From Bacteroidales bacterium (GTDB lineage: Bacteria > Bacteroidota > Bacteroidia > Bacteroidales > UBA4417), in NCBI GenBank assembly GCA_038322655.1, contig JBBQGD010000001.1:7871-71870 (forward strand): a DNA stretch of 64,000 nucleotides. The letters run 5' to 3'. The notes under the pieces are model-generated. The model did not search any database and was not told the origin of the DNA. It worked only from the letters and a program-made list of their open reading frames with translations. Position numbers and translations under genes: made by a program. Positions 37,198 to 45,510 of the stretch are shown in pieces (position 1 is the stretch's first letter; the number at the start of each line of letters is the position of its first letter).

Positions 37198-38955
37198 TCA
37201 ATCGTTCGAGAAATCTTTTACTAATTTTCGATATGCTGAAAAAACATTGGCCCGTGATACAAATCCAACGTATTTTCCATCTTTAACTACCGGGAGATTA
37301 TAATGAGATGTTTCGGCAAATTTCTGAGCAACCTCTTCCATCGTGGCATTTTTATCAACAAGGGTATCAGGCATATACATCAGGTTCCGGATATATACAG
37401 TATCATAATGCTCGTGTTCAAAAATAATATGCCTGATTTCGTTGATAAAAATAACACCCAGGAAATTGTTTTCATCATCAATTACCGGGAAAACGTTTCG
37501 CTGCGATTTGGCAACCAGTTTTACAAATTCTCTCAAAGTTATGTCAGGGCTGGTAGTTATAAAGTCTTTTTCAATCAGTTTTTCGATTGAAAGGCGGGAC
37601 AATACTGCTTTATCCTTATCGTGTGTAATCAGTTCTCCTGTTTCGGCAAGGCGTTTTGTATAAATGGAATGAGGCTCAAACGGAATAATAGTAAGGTAAG
37701 CAACAATACTTGTAATTATTAGCGGAACAAAAAACTGGTAACCACCGGTGATTTCGGCAATAAGGAATATAGCTGTAAGTGGTGCGTGCATTACTGCAGC
37801 CATTACACCTGCCATACCGGCGAGCGCAAAATTGTTTTCAGGCAAGCGACCGTTCATAAAAAAATTCACAGCCTTACTCATAAAAAAACCTGTAACTCCG
37901 CCCATAAAAAGAGATGGAGCAAACACACCGCCTACGCCGCCACCGCCAGTGGTGGCCGACATGGCAACTACTTTAAAAATCAAAACCAGGATAAGGAAAA
38001 ACAAAAGCAGGAAATAATTGCTTCCCATAGCTGAAAAAATACTTCCGTCAAGTACTTTCATCCCGTTCCCGTCTAACAGGTTATTGAGCGTGATATATCC
38101 TTCACCAAATAAAGGTGGAAATAGAAATATTAAAACACTGGCAATAGTTCCTCCTGCCAGCAACCTTACCATGCTGTTGTTTATCCGGCGGAATTGCTTT
38201 TCGATCGATAGGCTTGCCTGTGTGAAGTAAATAGAGACAATACCGCAAAGCAAACCCAGAATGGCATAAAATGGCAGGTTCTGAAGCGTAAATGGATTTG
38301 CCGTTACCTCAAATGTGAACAAAACACCGTTTCCCATAAAGAAATACGCCATAATCGCACCTGATACAGCCGAAATCAGGAGTGGGATCAGGCTTGCCAT
38401 AGTAAGATCGAGCATAAGTATTTCAAGTGAGAATATTACGCCGGCAATGGGAGCCTTGAAAATTCCTGCTATAGCACCTGACGCGCCACACCCGACTAAA
38501 AGCGTAATAGTTTTATAATCAAGACGCAGGTATCGGCCCAGGTTCGACCCAATGGCTGACCCTGTTAACACAATCGGTGCCTCAAGCCCCACACTACCTC
38601 CGAAACTCACTGTTATAGTACTTGCAATCATCGAAGTGTACATGTTGTGTGCCTTAATCATACTGTTGCTCTTCGAAATGGATTGCAATATCCGGCTTAT
38701 CCCATGCCCGATATTATCTTTCACCAGGTATTTGACATAGAAATAGGTAAGAAGAATGCCGGCAAATGGAAGTACAAGGTATAATAAGTTGAAACTTTTA
38801 ATTGAAATAAGACCGATTACTAACGAATGACTTAGATGAACGGCATTTTTGAGTAAAACGGCAGCCAGACCGCCTATAATTCCTGTAATCAGGCTGAGTA
38901 TCAATATGAAATTATGCGGAGAAATGTGTCGCAGTCTCCACGAATGAATCTTCAT
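37198..38955 (-). CDS. ClC-family chloride channel/antiporter with C-terminal CBS pair
   Basis: ClC motifs are present (GGSVGLEAPIVLTG with the gating Glu, GIFKAPIAG, GVFAPSLFMGG) with about 10 TM helices. Two CBS repeats are at the C-terminus. The start at MKIHSW (38955) is preferred because the TAnnTTTG box at 38985-38992 is only 8 nt from the ORF-track ATG at 38976. Confidence 0.85.
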   Translation of the reverse strand: MKIHSWRLRHISPHNFILILSLITGIIGGLAAVLLKNAVHLSHSLVIGLISIKSFNLLYLVLPFAGILLTYFYVKYLVKDNIGHGISRILQSISKSNSMIKAHNMYTSMIASTITVSFGGSVGLEAPIVLTGSAIGSNLGRYLRLDYKTITLLVGCGASGAIAGIFKAPIAGVIFSLEILMLDLTMASLIPLLISAVSGAIMAYFFMGNGVLFTFEVTANPFTLQNLPFYAILGLLCGIVSIYFTQASLSIEKQFRRINNSMVRLLAGGTIASVLIFLFPPLFGEGYITLNNLLDGNGMKVLDGSIFSAMGSNYFLLLFFLILVLIFKVVAMSATTGGGGVGGVFAPSLFMGGVTGFFMSKAVNFFMNGRLPENNFALAGMAGVMAAVMHAPLTAIFLIAEITGGYQFFVPLIITSIVAYLTIIPFEPHSIYTKRLAETGELITHDKDKAVLSRLSIEKLIEKDFITTSPDITLREFVKLVAKSQRNVFPVIDDENNFLGVIFINEIRHIIFEHEHYDTVYIRNLMYMPDTLVDKNATMEEVAQKFAETSHYNLPVVKDGKYVGFVSRANVFSAYRKLVKDFSND

Positions 38956-38984
38956 ATAAAATTTGCTTCCGGGCATATAAATGG

Positions 38985-38992
38985 CAAAAATA
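38985..38992 (-). promoter_or_regulatory. Candidate -7 promoter box (TATTTTTG) for the ClC gene
   Basis: Plus-strand caaaaata is TAttTTTG on the minus strand, 29 nt upstream of ATG 38955. Confidence 0.35.
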
Positions 38993-39059
38993 GGAATATT
39001 TACTGAGATGTTTAGTTATCCCGGATTCAGGTATGATTTTTTCTTAGAAACAAAAAGCC

Positions 39060-42000
39060 TTATTTTAGTACCAATGAGTATTCGATGATCTCTAGTAATT
39101 TTGTTTTGCTCACTGGTTTTGTAACATACTCATTACAGCCTGATGTAAGTGCTTTGTTTTCATCTTCAGGGGTTACATGTGCAGTAAGAGCTATAATAGG
39201 TATATCGGGCATGAAAGTCCTGATTTGCTTTGTTGCTTCAAAGCCATCCATCAAAGGCATTTTAATATCCATAAGTACTAAGCTGATGTCCGGATGATTA
39301 CGGCAGATGTCTACAGCTTCGATGCCGTTTTCGGCCCGAAGGACCTGGTATGAAGCATAAAGTAATACTATTTCAATGTATTTGAAATTGGAATCATCGT
39401 CTTCGGCAACCAGGATTAATGGTTTATTTTCTTGCTCTATTAGTTTTGGAGTATCACTAATTTTTGGAAGTGTGCGAATCGGATTTTCAGAAAAAGGAAG
39501 TGTAAAATAGAATTTTGAACCTTTACCTCTTTCGGTATCAATGCGCAGGTTGCCACCGAGTAATTTAACCAGGCCGTTCGCTATGGTAAGTCCAAGTCCG
39601 CTTCCTTCATATCCTCGTGTCGACGAAACATCGGCCTGCATAAAAGCATCGAAAATAATATTCAATGCTTCGGGCTTAATCCCGGAGCCTGTATCACTTA
39701 CAGAGAATATTATTTCCGTATCATTTATTTCATAGCCAAGGGTAATTGCCCCTTTTTGAGTGAATTTAAAGGCATTGTCAAGTAAATGCGTAATTATCTT
39801 TCTAAGTTTTTCTATATCAGTATTTAGTATAACCGGATCATTAGAAATAGGTTTCAGGGTAGTTAGTTCAATATTTTTAAGTGTAGCGTTCTCAGTAAAA
39901 TCATTGTATATTTCTTTGATTAATTTATCGATATTCGATGGCCGCCTGATGATTTCGAGGGTTCCTGAAACGAGCAACGAAATATCCATATAGCTGTTAA
40001 TGGTATTAAGCAGACGTTTGCTGCTTTTTTTAATAACAGAAAAGAATAGTTCATGTTCTTCAGGACTTGTATCAGGGTTCAGGGTCATTTCGGTAAACCC
40101 AAGTATGCCATTCAAAGGTGTTCGTATTTCGTGTGAAATATTATTGATAAATGCTGTCTTTAACCTATCACCTGCATCTGCTTTATCAAATGCTTCCTTC
40201 ATATCAAGAATTGATTTCTGGCGCTGGATGGAAAGGCTTACCTGACCGGCAATGAATTCAAGTAATTTAAGGTCATTTTCATTGTAGGTATTTGAATTAT
40301 GGTAATCCTGAATAACAATGGCGCCATATGGTTTGCCATTTAAAGTTAAAGGAACTCCAAGCCAAATTTCGGAATAGGTGCCAATAAGATTAATCTCGCC
40401 GGTTTCAACAAGTTTTTTATATTCCTCATACTTAAGCATGAGTGATTTATTGTGTTTAATCACATAACCGGTCAGAGACTTTTCAGCAGGCCATTCGGAA
40501 ATAGTATCTCTCTCATCGCTTTCAGAAGCCGTGGAAAGCATGTCAGTATCTTCGTGGTAAAAAGCAATATAAAAGTTTTTTGTATTTATTATTGTGCTTA
40601 ATTCATTTTTAACGATTTCAAGTAATTGATTTACATCATTAGTTTCGAACACCTGCTTCGAAATATTGAATATAACATGTTGAATATCTTCTTTGTGCTT
40701 CTGCTCAGTAACATCTTCTTTTATTCCAAGGAAGTGCGCTATTTCTCCATTTGGATTTGTAATCGGCGAAATGGATGCACGTTCCCAATAGAGTTCTCCG
40801 TTTTTCCTGCGGTTATGAAACACGCCTTTCCATTCGTTGCCCGATTTTATAGTGTCCCACATTACCTCATATTCTTTGGGCGTGGTTTCATCCGATTTAA
40901 GGATACGGGGATTTACGCCGACAAGTTCCTCCAGAGTGTAACCTGATATCAGGCAGGCGGCCGGATTAGCATATTCGATTGTGCCATCGGTATCAGTAAC
41001 TAAAATTGATTCAGGACTCTGTTCTACTACCTGGGACAGTTTCTGAAACTCCTGTTCAGCTCTTTTTCGCTCTGTTAAATCAACAATATGGGTAATGAAA
41101 AATTTTGGATTATTTAATTCGTCACACACCAGCGAAACGAAAACATAGGCCCAGATAATTTTTTTATTTTTCGATATATATCGTTTTTCGAACGATGCAT
41201 TTTCAATTTTGCCGGCAACTATTTTCTTAAGGAATTCTACGCCGATTGTAAGATCATCAGGATGGGTTATATCATTAAAATGCAAATGTTTCATCTCTTC
41301 CTCAGTATACCCAAACAGTTTGGTGAAGGCAACATTTATTTTTTGAAAAATTCCGTCTAAGCCTATGATATTCATGCTGGTTGCTGCGTAATCAAAAGCA
41401 TGTCGAAAGCGGGTCTCGCTCTCAAATAAAGCAGTTTCGGATTTCTTTTGTTCGGTTATATCTATAAATACACAATAGGTTTGCCTGAATGACCCGTCCG
41501 GATTGTACCCGATGCAACCTTCATAGGACACTATGATATACTCTCCCGTTTTCTTCCTGAGCTTAAAAAGTGTTTTTTCAAGGTATCCTCTTTTCTTAAA
41601 AGCCGGGAAATTGATTTTAAACAGCTCAACAGAGTCAGGATGCATAAAATCACCAAACCATTTACCTATTACTTCCTCCCTGGTATATCCAAGTGTTTTT
41701 CCCCACATGGGATTGATATCGATTAAACAACCATCATTGTCCAACGATTGGTATGCAATGGGTGCGTTTTCGTAAAGTGCACGGAATTTCTCTTCACTAA
41801 TACGTTGGGATTCTTCTGCTTCTTCTTTCTTTTTCTTTTGTTCAAGGTTATTAAGCGCAAGTCCAAGGTCATTAGAAATTTCAATAAAAAGGGATATTTC
41901 TTCTTCATTTGTAACCAACTCGTTTGGCATCGAAACTGCAAGATACCCATGAAGTCTTTCGTGGTATTGCACTTTGCTGATGAGAGTGCCTTTATCAGGA

Positions 42001-42716
42001 TAAAACTTATATAGGGGACAATCCTTACATTTCTGGTTGTTATGAATTGAGTAGATTTGGTTGATTTCATTATTCAAGGTCTCTAGACAGAGAGGTAAAA
42101 AGCCTTCTTTAAATTGATCAGCAAATGTTTCGGCATTTTCATCTAATCCTGCTGATGAAACATCAAGAAATGTTCCCTGCTGGTCGACAATAAGAAACCA
42201 GGCGCTTGAATATGTCCTTGTTGAAATGAGTGTCTGGCAGGTTTTCTGCAACAACTCCTCGCGGGATTCGGCCCTGACGATAAGTTGATTTACATCACGT
42301 ATGGCTTTCAGAATTTCATTCAGGTGGAGTATATGTCTTTCCATCCGGTTTTTATGCAAAGCCATTTCAATGTTCGAATGTAACTCGCGTTCCTGAAAAG
42401 GTTTTAAAATGTATCCGAATGGTTCGGTTATTTTGGCACGCTCCAGAATATTGGTATCGGAAAAAGCAGTAATGTATATAACAGGTATTTGATACTTTTC
42501 CTTTATTTCAGTAGCAAGCTGAATTCCGTCTTTATTCCCTTTCAGGAATATATCCATGAGTATAAGGTCAGGTATACCTGATTTCAGGCATGTATAAAAA
42601 GCATCAGCTGACGATGCAATACCTGTGACTTGATACCCCATATTTTTGAGGGTATTTTTCAAATCTTCAGCAGTAATTCTTTCGTCTTCTACAAGCAGGA
42701 TCTTAGTTTTACTCAT
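39060..42716 (-). CDS. REC-GAF-PAS(x3)-GAF-HisKA-HATPase-REC hybrid histidine kinase
   Basis: 1218 aa. The N-terminal receiver shows ILLVEDE...LILMDIFL...ITAFS...ILKP. H-box is AFINNISHEIRTPLNG, G1 DTGSGI, G2 GSGLGL. The C-terminal receiver shows LVAEDDD...LVLMDIKMPLMDG...VTKP. Its ATG overlaps the upstream kinase stop (ATGA at 42713-42716). Confidence 0.9.
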   Translation of the reverse strand: MSKTKILLVEDERITAEDLKNTLKNMGYQVTGIASSADAFYTCLKSGIPDLILMDIFLKGNKDGIQLATEIKEKYQIPVIYITAFSDTNILERAKITEPFGYILKPFQERELHSNIEMALHKNRMERHILHLNEILKAIRDVNQLIVRAESREELLQKTCQTLISTRTYSSAWFLIVDQQGTFLDVSSAGLDENAETFADQFKEGFLPLCLETLNNEINQIYSIHNNQKCKDCPLYKFYPDKGTLISKVQYHERLHGYLAVSMPNELVTNEEEISLFIEISNDLGLALNNLEQKKKKEEAEESQRISEEKFRALYENAPIAYQSLDNDGCLIDINPMWGKTLGYTREEVIGKWFGDFMHPDSVELFKINFPAFKKRGYLEKTLFKLRKKTGEYIIVSYEGCIGYNPDGSFRQTYCVFIDITEQKKSETALFESETRFRHAFDYAATSMNIIGLDGIFQKINVAFTKLFGYTEEEMKHLHFNDITHPDDLTIGVEFLKKIVAGKIENASFEKRYISKNKKIIWAYVFVSLVCDELNNPKFFITHIVDLTERKRAEQEFQKLSQVVEQSPESILVTDTDGTIEYANPAACLISGYTLEELVGVNPRILKSDETTPKEYEVMWDTIKSGNEWKGVFHNRRKNGELYWERASISPITNPNGEIAHFLGIKEDVTEQKHKEDIQHVIFNISKQVFETNDVNQLLEIVKNELSTIINTKNFYIAFYHEDTDMLSTASESDERDTISEWPAEKSLTGYVIKHNKSLMLKYEEYKKLVETGEINLIGTYSEIWLGVPLTLNGKPYGAIVIQDYHNSNTYNENDLKLLEFIAGQVSLSIQRQKSILDMKEAFDKADAGDRLKTAFINNISHEIRTPLNGILGFTEMTLNPDTSPEEHELFFSVIKKSSKRLLNTINSYMDISLLVSGTLEIIRRPSNIDKLIKEIYNDFTENATLKNIELTTLKPISNDPVILNTDIEKLRKIITHLLDNAFKFTQKGAITLGYEINDTEIIFSVSDTGSGIKPEALNIIFDAFMQADVSSTRGYEGSGLGLTIANGLVKLLGGNLRIDTERGKGSKFYFTLPFSENPIRTLPKISDTPKLIEQENKPLILVAEDDDSNFKYIEIVLLYASYQVLRAENGIEAVDICRNHPDISLVLMDIKMPLMDGFEATKQIRTFMPDIPIIALTAHVTPEDENKALTSGCNEYVTKPVSKTKLLEIIEYSLVLK

Positions 42717-44803
42717 TTCGGATACGGATTAAAAGTAATTGTAAATATAGTACCTTTTTTGTTATCAACTTCAATTTCTCCATCCAACTGTTCTGTTGCA
42801 AGGATCCGGATCAGGTAAAGACCCAATGATGATGAATCTGTAAACTGTATATCATTTGGCAAGCCTATTCCGTTATCGCCTGCGCTTATTTGCAATTTTT
42901 TATCTGGCAAGGACTTAACAGTGATAAAAATTTCAGGCCTGGGTTCGAAAATATAGTTCGTGGGAAATGCATATTTGAGGCTGTTTGAAATAATTTCATT
43001 TAATATTAGCCCACAGGGTATGGCATAGATAAGAGGAATATTTACATTCTCAATTTCTGTGTGAATTTGTATCTTTTTCTGGTCGGTGAGGTATGCCCGG
43101 AAAAGCTCAGCCAGCAGCGAACCCGAATACTCTTTTAGGTTTATCTCTGCATAGTTTCCTGTTTGATATAGTTTTTCGTGAACCAGGGCAATGGATCGTA
43201 TTCTGTTTCGCGATTGCTCCAGGGTTTCTTTAATTGTTTTGTTGTCAATTTTATTAGCCTGCAGGTTAAGTAGGCTCGAAACCACCTGTAAGTTGTTTTT
43301 TACACGGTGATGTACTTCGCGAAGCAAAATTTCCTTCTCTTTCAGTGTTGCAAGAAGTAAATCTTCAGCTTTTTTGCGTTCGGTGATATCTCGGGCAACA
43401 GTGATGACCTTTTTTAATTGAGATAGCTCAAAAGTACTGCTCGAAATTTCGACAGGAAACAGGGTGCCATTCTTCTTTTTATGAAATTGTTCACCGGAAA
43501 TTAGTTCGTTATCACTGTTTGTGGAATCATTCTGAGTTGGTAATGACGATAATTCTGAACCCTTCATGGTTTTTAACTCTACATCCGAATAGCCATATTG
43601 TTCTGATGCTTTACGGTTAACCTCTTCAATAAGGCCTGTATTGCCATCGGTTAAAAATATAGCATCGGGTATAGCGTTGTAAACTGCAACTTGTTTATCA
43701 AGATTAGCTTTCAGTGTGGCGGCAAGCTGAGAGGAAAGTTTTAACCGGTATCGGTTTTTAAGAAGCAATACTGCCAAAAAAAAGATTAGTAAACTTATAA
43801 GTGTACCTCCAAACAGGACAAGAATTACATCCTGGTGAAAATAAAAGGAAGAAATATCCATAGCCTTTGAAAAATATAAGGTCCAGTTTTTACCTTTAAA
43901 GACAAAGGGTAATTTCAATCTTAATATTTTCGAATCAACATATTTCTTTTTACTAATGGTTTGGCTGTCAAATAATAGCGCTTCAGGGAGTATGCTGTCA
44001 TTGTCATAAATCTGCATTCGTATATTCTCTTTCAGCTTTTTTTCAGAATTACCAAGTACTCCTGACATAAAATTATTTATCCTGTATGCGCTATAAGCCC
44101 ATCCTTTAATTGCTTTTCGCCGCTCAGCTATTGTATTGATGGGCATCCCTGAACGATAAACCGGAACATACATTAACGTTCCGGCCTGTATATCCTTATT
44201 GGTTTCCTGAACCAGCGTAACTTTGTCTGCCAGGGAAGCAATATTTGAATCGCAGGCCTTATTCATGGCCTTACGCCGGATTGAATCTGAATACATATCA
44301 TACCCAAAAGCTTCCTTGTTACGACCCGAAAATGGCTCTATATATATAATTGTGGTATATATTCTCCGTGGTCCGGCCGGTTTAATGCTATAGTCAGGGA
44401 AACCTGATTTACGGATATTTTGTTCGTGTTTCATCAATAAGCTGCTGTCCACTATCATTGCATATCCTAATCCCTGAGACTCAGGTAGAAGTACTTGTAT
44501 TTTCTGATTGGTAAAAAAAACATTCCACTCTTGTCGCGTAACTGTATCGCTGGCTTCGATAAAAGCGGCGCCGGTTCTGAGTACTGCTTCATGTGCATAG
44601 AGCCTGGCATTCACATTGGCCTTAATATCACTACATTCGAACGAAAAGTCTTGCAGGGCGTTTCTTTCAATTTCTTGTTTGGTATTATACGTGTAAATAC
44701 CTGTTAAGGTCAATGCAACGAATAGAATTATCCATGCACTTATTAAATTAATGATTGATTTTGACTTTATTTTATGCCCTGAATCAGGCTTTGTTTCTGT
44801 CAT
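42713..44803 (-). CDS. CHASE-domain, PAS, HisKA_2-type sensor histidine kinase
   Basis: 696 aa. TM1 is IINLISAWIILFVALTLTGIY. A roughly 290-aa extracytoplasmic CHASE-like domain follows (EPFSGRNKEAFGYDMYSDSIRRKAMNKA...GTLMYVPVY). TM2 is VILVLFGGTLISLLIFFLAVLLL. One PAS follows. The H-box EVHHRVKNNLQVVSSLLNLQ is typical of HisKA_2. The ATPase shows NEIISNSLKYAF, DNGIGLP and SLGLYLI. Confidence 0.85.
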   Translation of the reverse strand: MTETKPDSGHKIKSKSIINLISAWIILFVALTLTGIYTYNTKQEIERNALQDFSFECSDIKANVNARLYAHEAVLRTGAAFIEASDTVTRQEWNVFFTNQKIQVLLPESQGLGYAMIVDSSLLMKHEQNIRKSGFPDYSIKPAGPRRIYTTIIYIEPFSGRNKEAFGYDMYSDSIRRKAMNKACDSNIASLADKVTLVQETNKDIQAGTLMYVPVYRSGMPINTIAERRKAIKGWAYSAYRINNFMSGVLGNSEKKLKENIRMQIYDNDSILPEALLFDSQTISKKKYVDSKILRLKLPFVFKGKNWTLYFSKAMDISSFYFHQDVILVLFGGTLISLLIFFLAVLLLKNRYRLKLSSQLAATLKANLDKQVAVYNAIPDAIFLTDGNTGLIEEVNRKASEQYGYSDVELKTMKGSELSSLPTQNDSTNSDNELISGEQFHKKKNGTLFPVEISSSTFELSQLKKVITVARDITERKKAEDLLLATLKEKEILLREVHHRVKNNLQVVSSLLNLQANKIDNKTIKETLEQSRNRIRSIALVHEKLYQTGNYAEINLKEYSGSLLAELFRAYLTDQKKIQIHTEIENVNIPLIYAIPCGLILNEIISNSLKYAFPTNYIFEPRPEIFITVKSLPDKKLQISAGDNGIGLPNDIQFTDSSSLGLYLIRILATEQLDGEIEVDNKKGTIFTITFNPYPK

Positions 44804-44829
44804 ATATTAATAATTGATAGTAGGATTTC

Positions 44830-44837
44830 CAAAGATA
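44830..44837 (-). promoter_or_regulatory. Candidate -7 promoter box (TATCTTTG) for the CHASE-kinase operon
   Basis: Plus-strand caaagata is TAtcTTTG on the minus strand, 26 nt upstream of the ATG at 44803. Confidence 0.4.
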
Positions 44838-45510
44838 GAGAATTATAAATGGCAGACTGAAATTTTTCATTCTTGCTACCTTATTTCAATAGGAGACAGA
44901 GGAAATTTCGAAAAACTAAGCTGAAATTTAAACAGTCCCTGAAATAATCCATTTTGATTATACTATACAATTCAGGTATTGAAAAAATATCAAATTTTAG
45001 TTTGATCTTACATTTCTGAACTCGTTAAGTTATTATTCCCGATAAAAAATTTGTAAAGTTATTTTACTTACTATTAAACCTTTTACAAGGTATGATTATT
45101 ATCGAATATAATACAGTACTTTTACATAAAGATTCTTCCGGTCAGTTTGAAATACCAACATAAAGCAGAGTTTGAAAATATAATTTTTTTAGCATACTTA
45201 TACGGTCCGGCCCATGGGACAATTTGAGCAACGTTAAAATGCTTTTGGCTAAAGTGATGCGTTTACAAGTTGAATGCAGCTTTTAAAAACTTTATAGTCA
45301 AAATTCCCTATCCGCTTTTTGTTTTAGCAAGCTAAAAAACTGAAAAGTTGTGGTTACATTTATTAACCCCTGGTTATTAATCTATGCAAGGGTATAAATA
45401 TAATGCTTTGAACATGGAGAAAGATATAACGGAAGAGTTCCGATAACTTCTTCAAATCCGGGAAACGGTAGTATGAAAAAAAATATTCAATAGCTTGCAA
45501 ATAAATCAAT

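Noticed and set aside
37303-38740. Several 62-95 aa plus-strand ORFs inside the ClC gene
   Set aside because: They are antisense to a membrane-protein gene with clear ClC motifs, so they are shadow ORFs.
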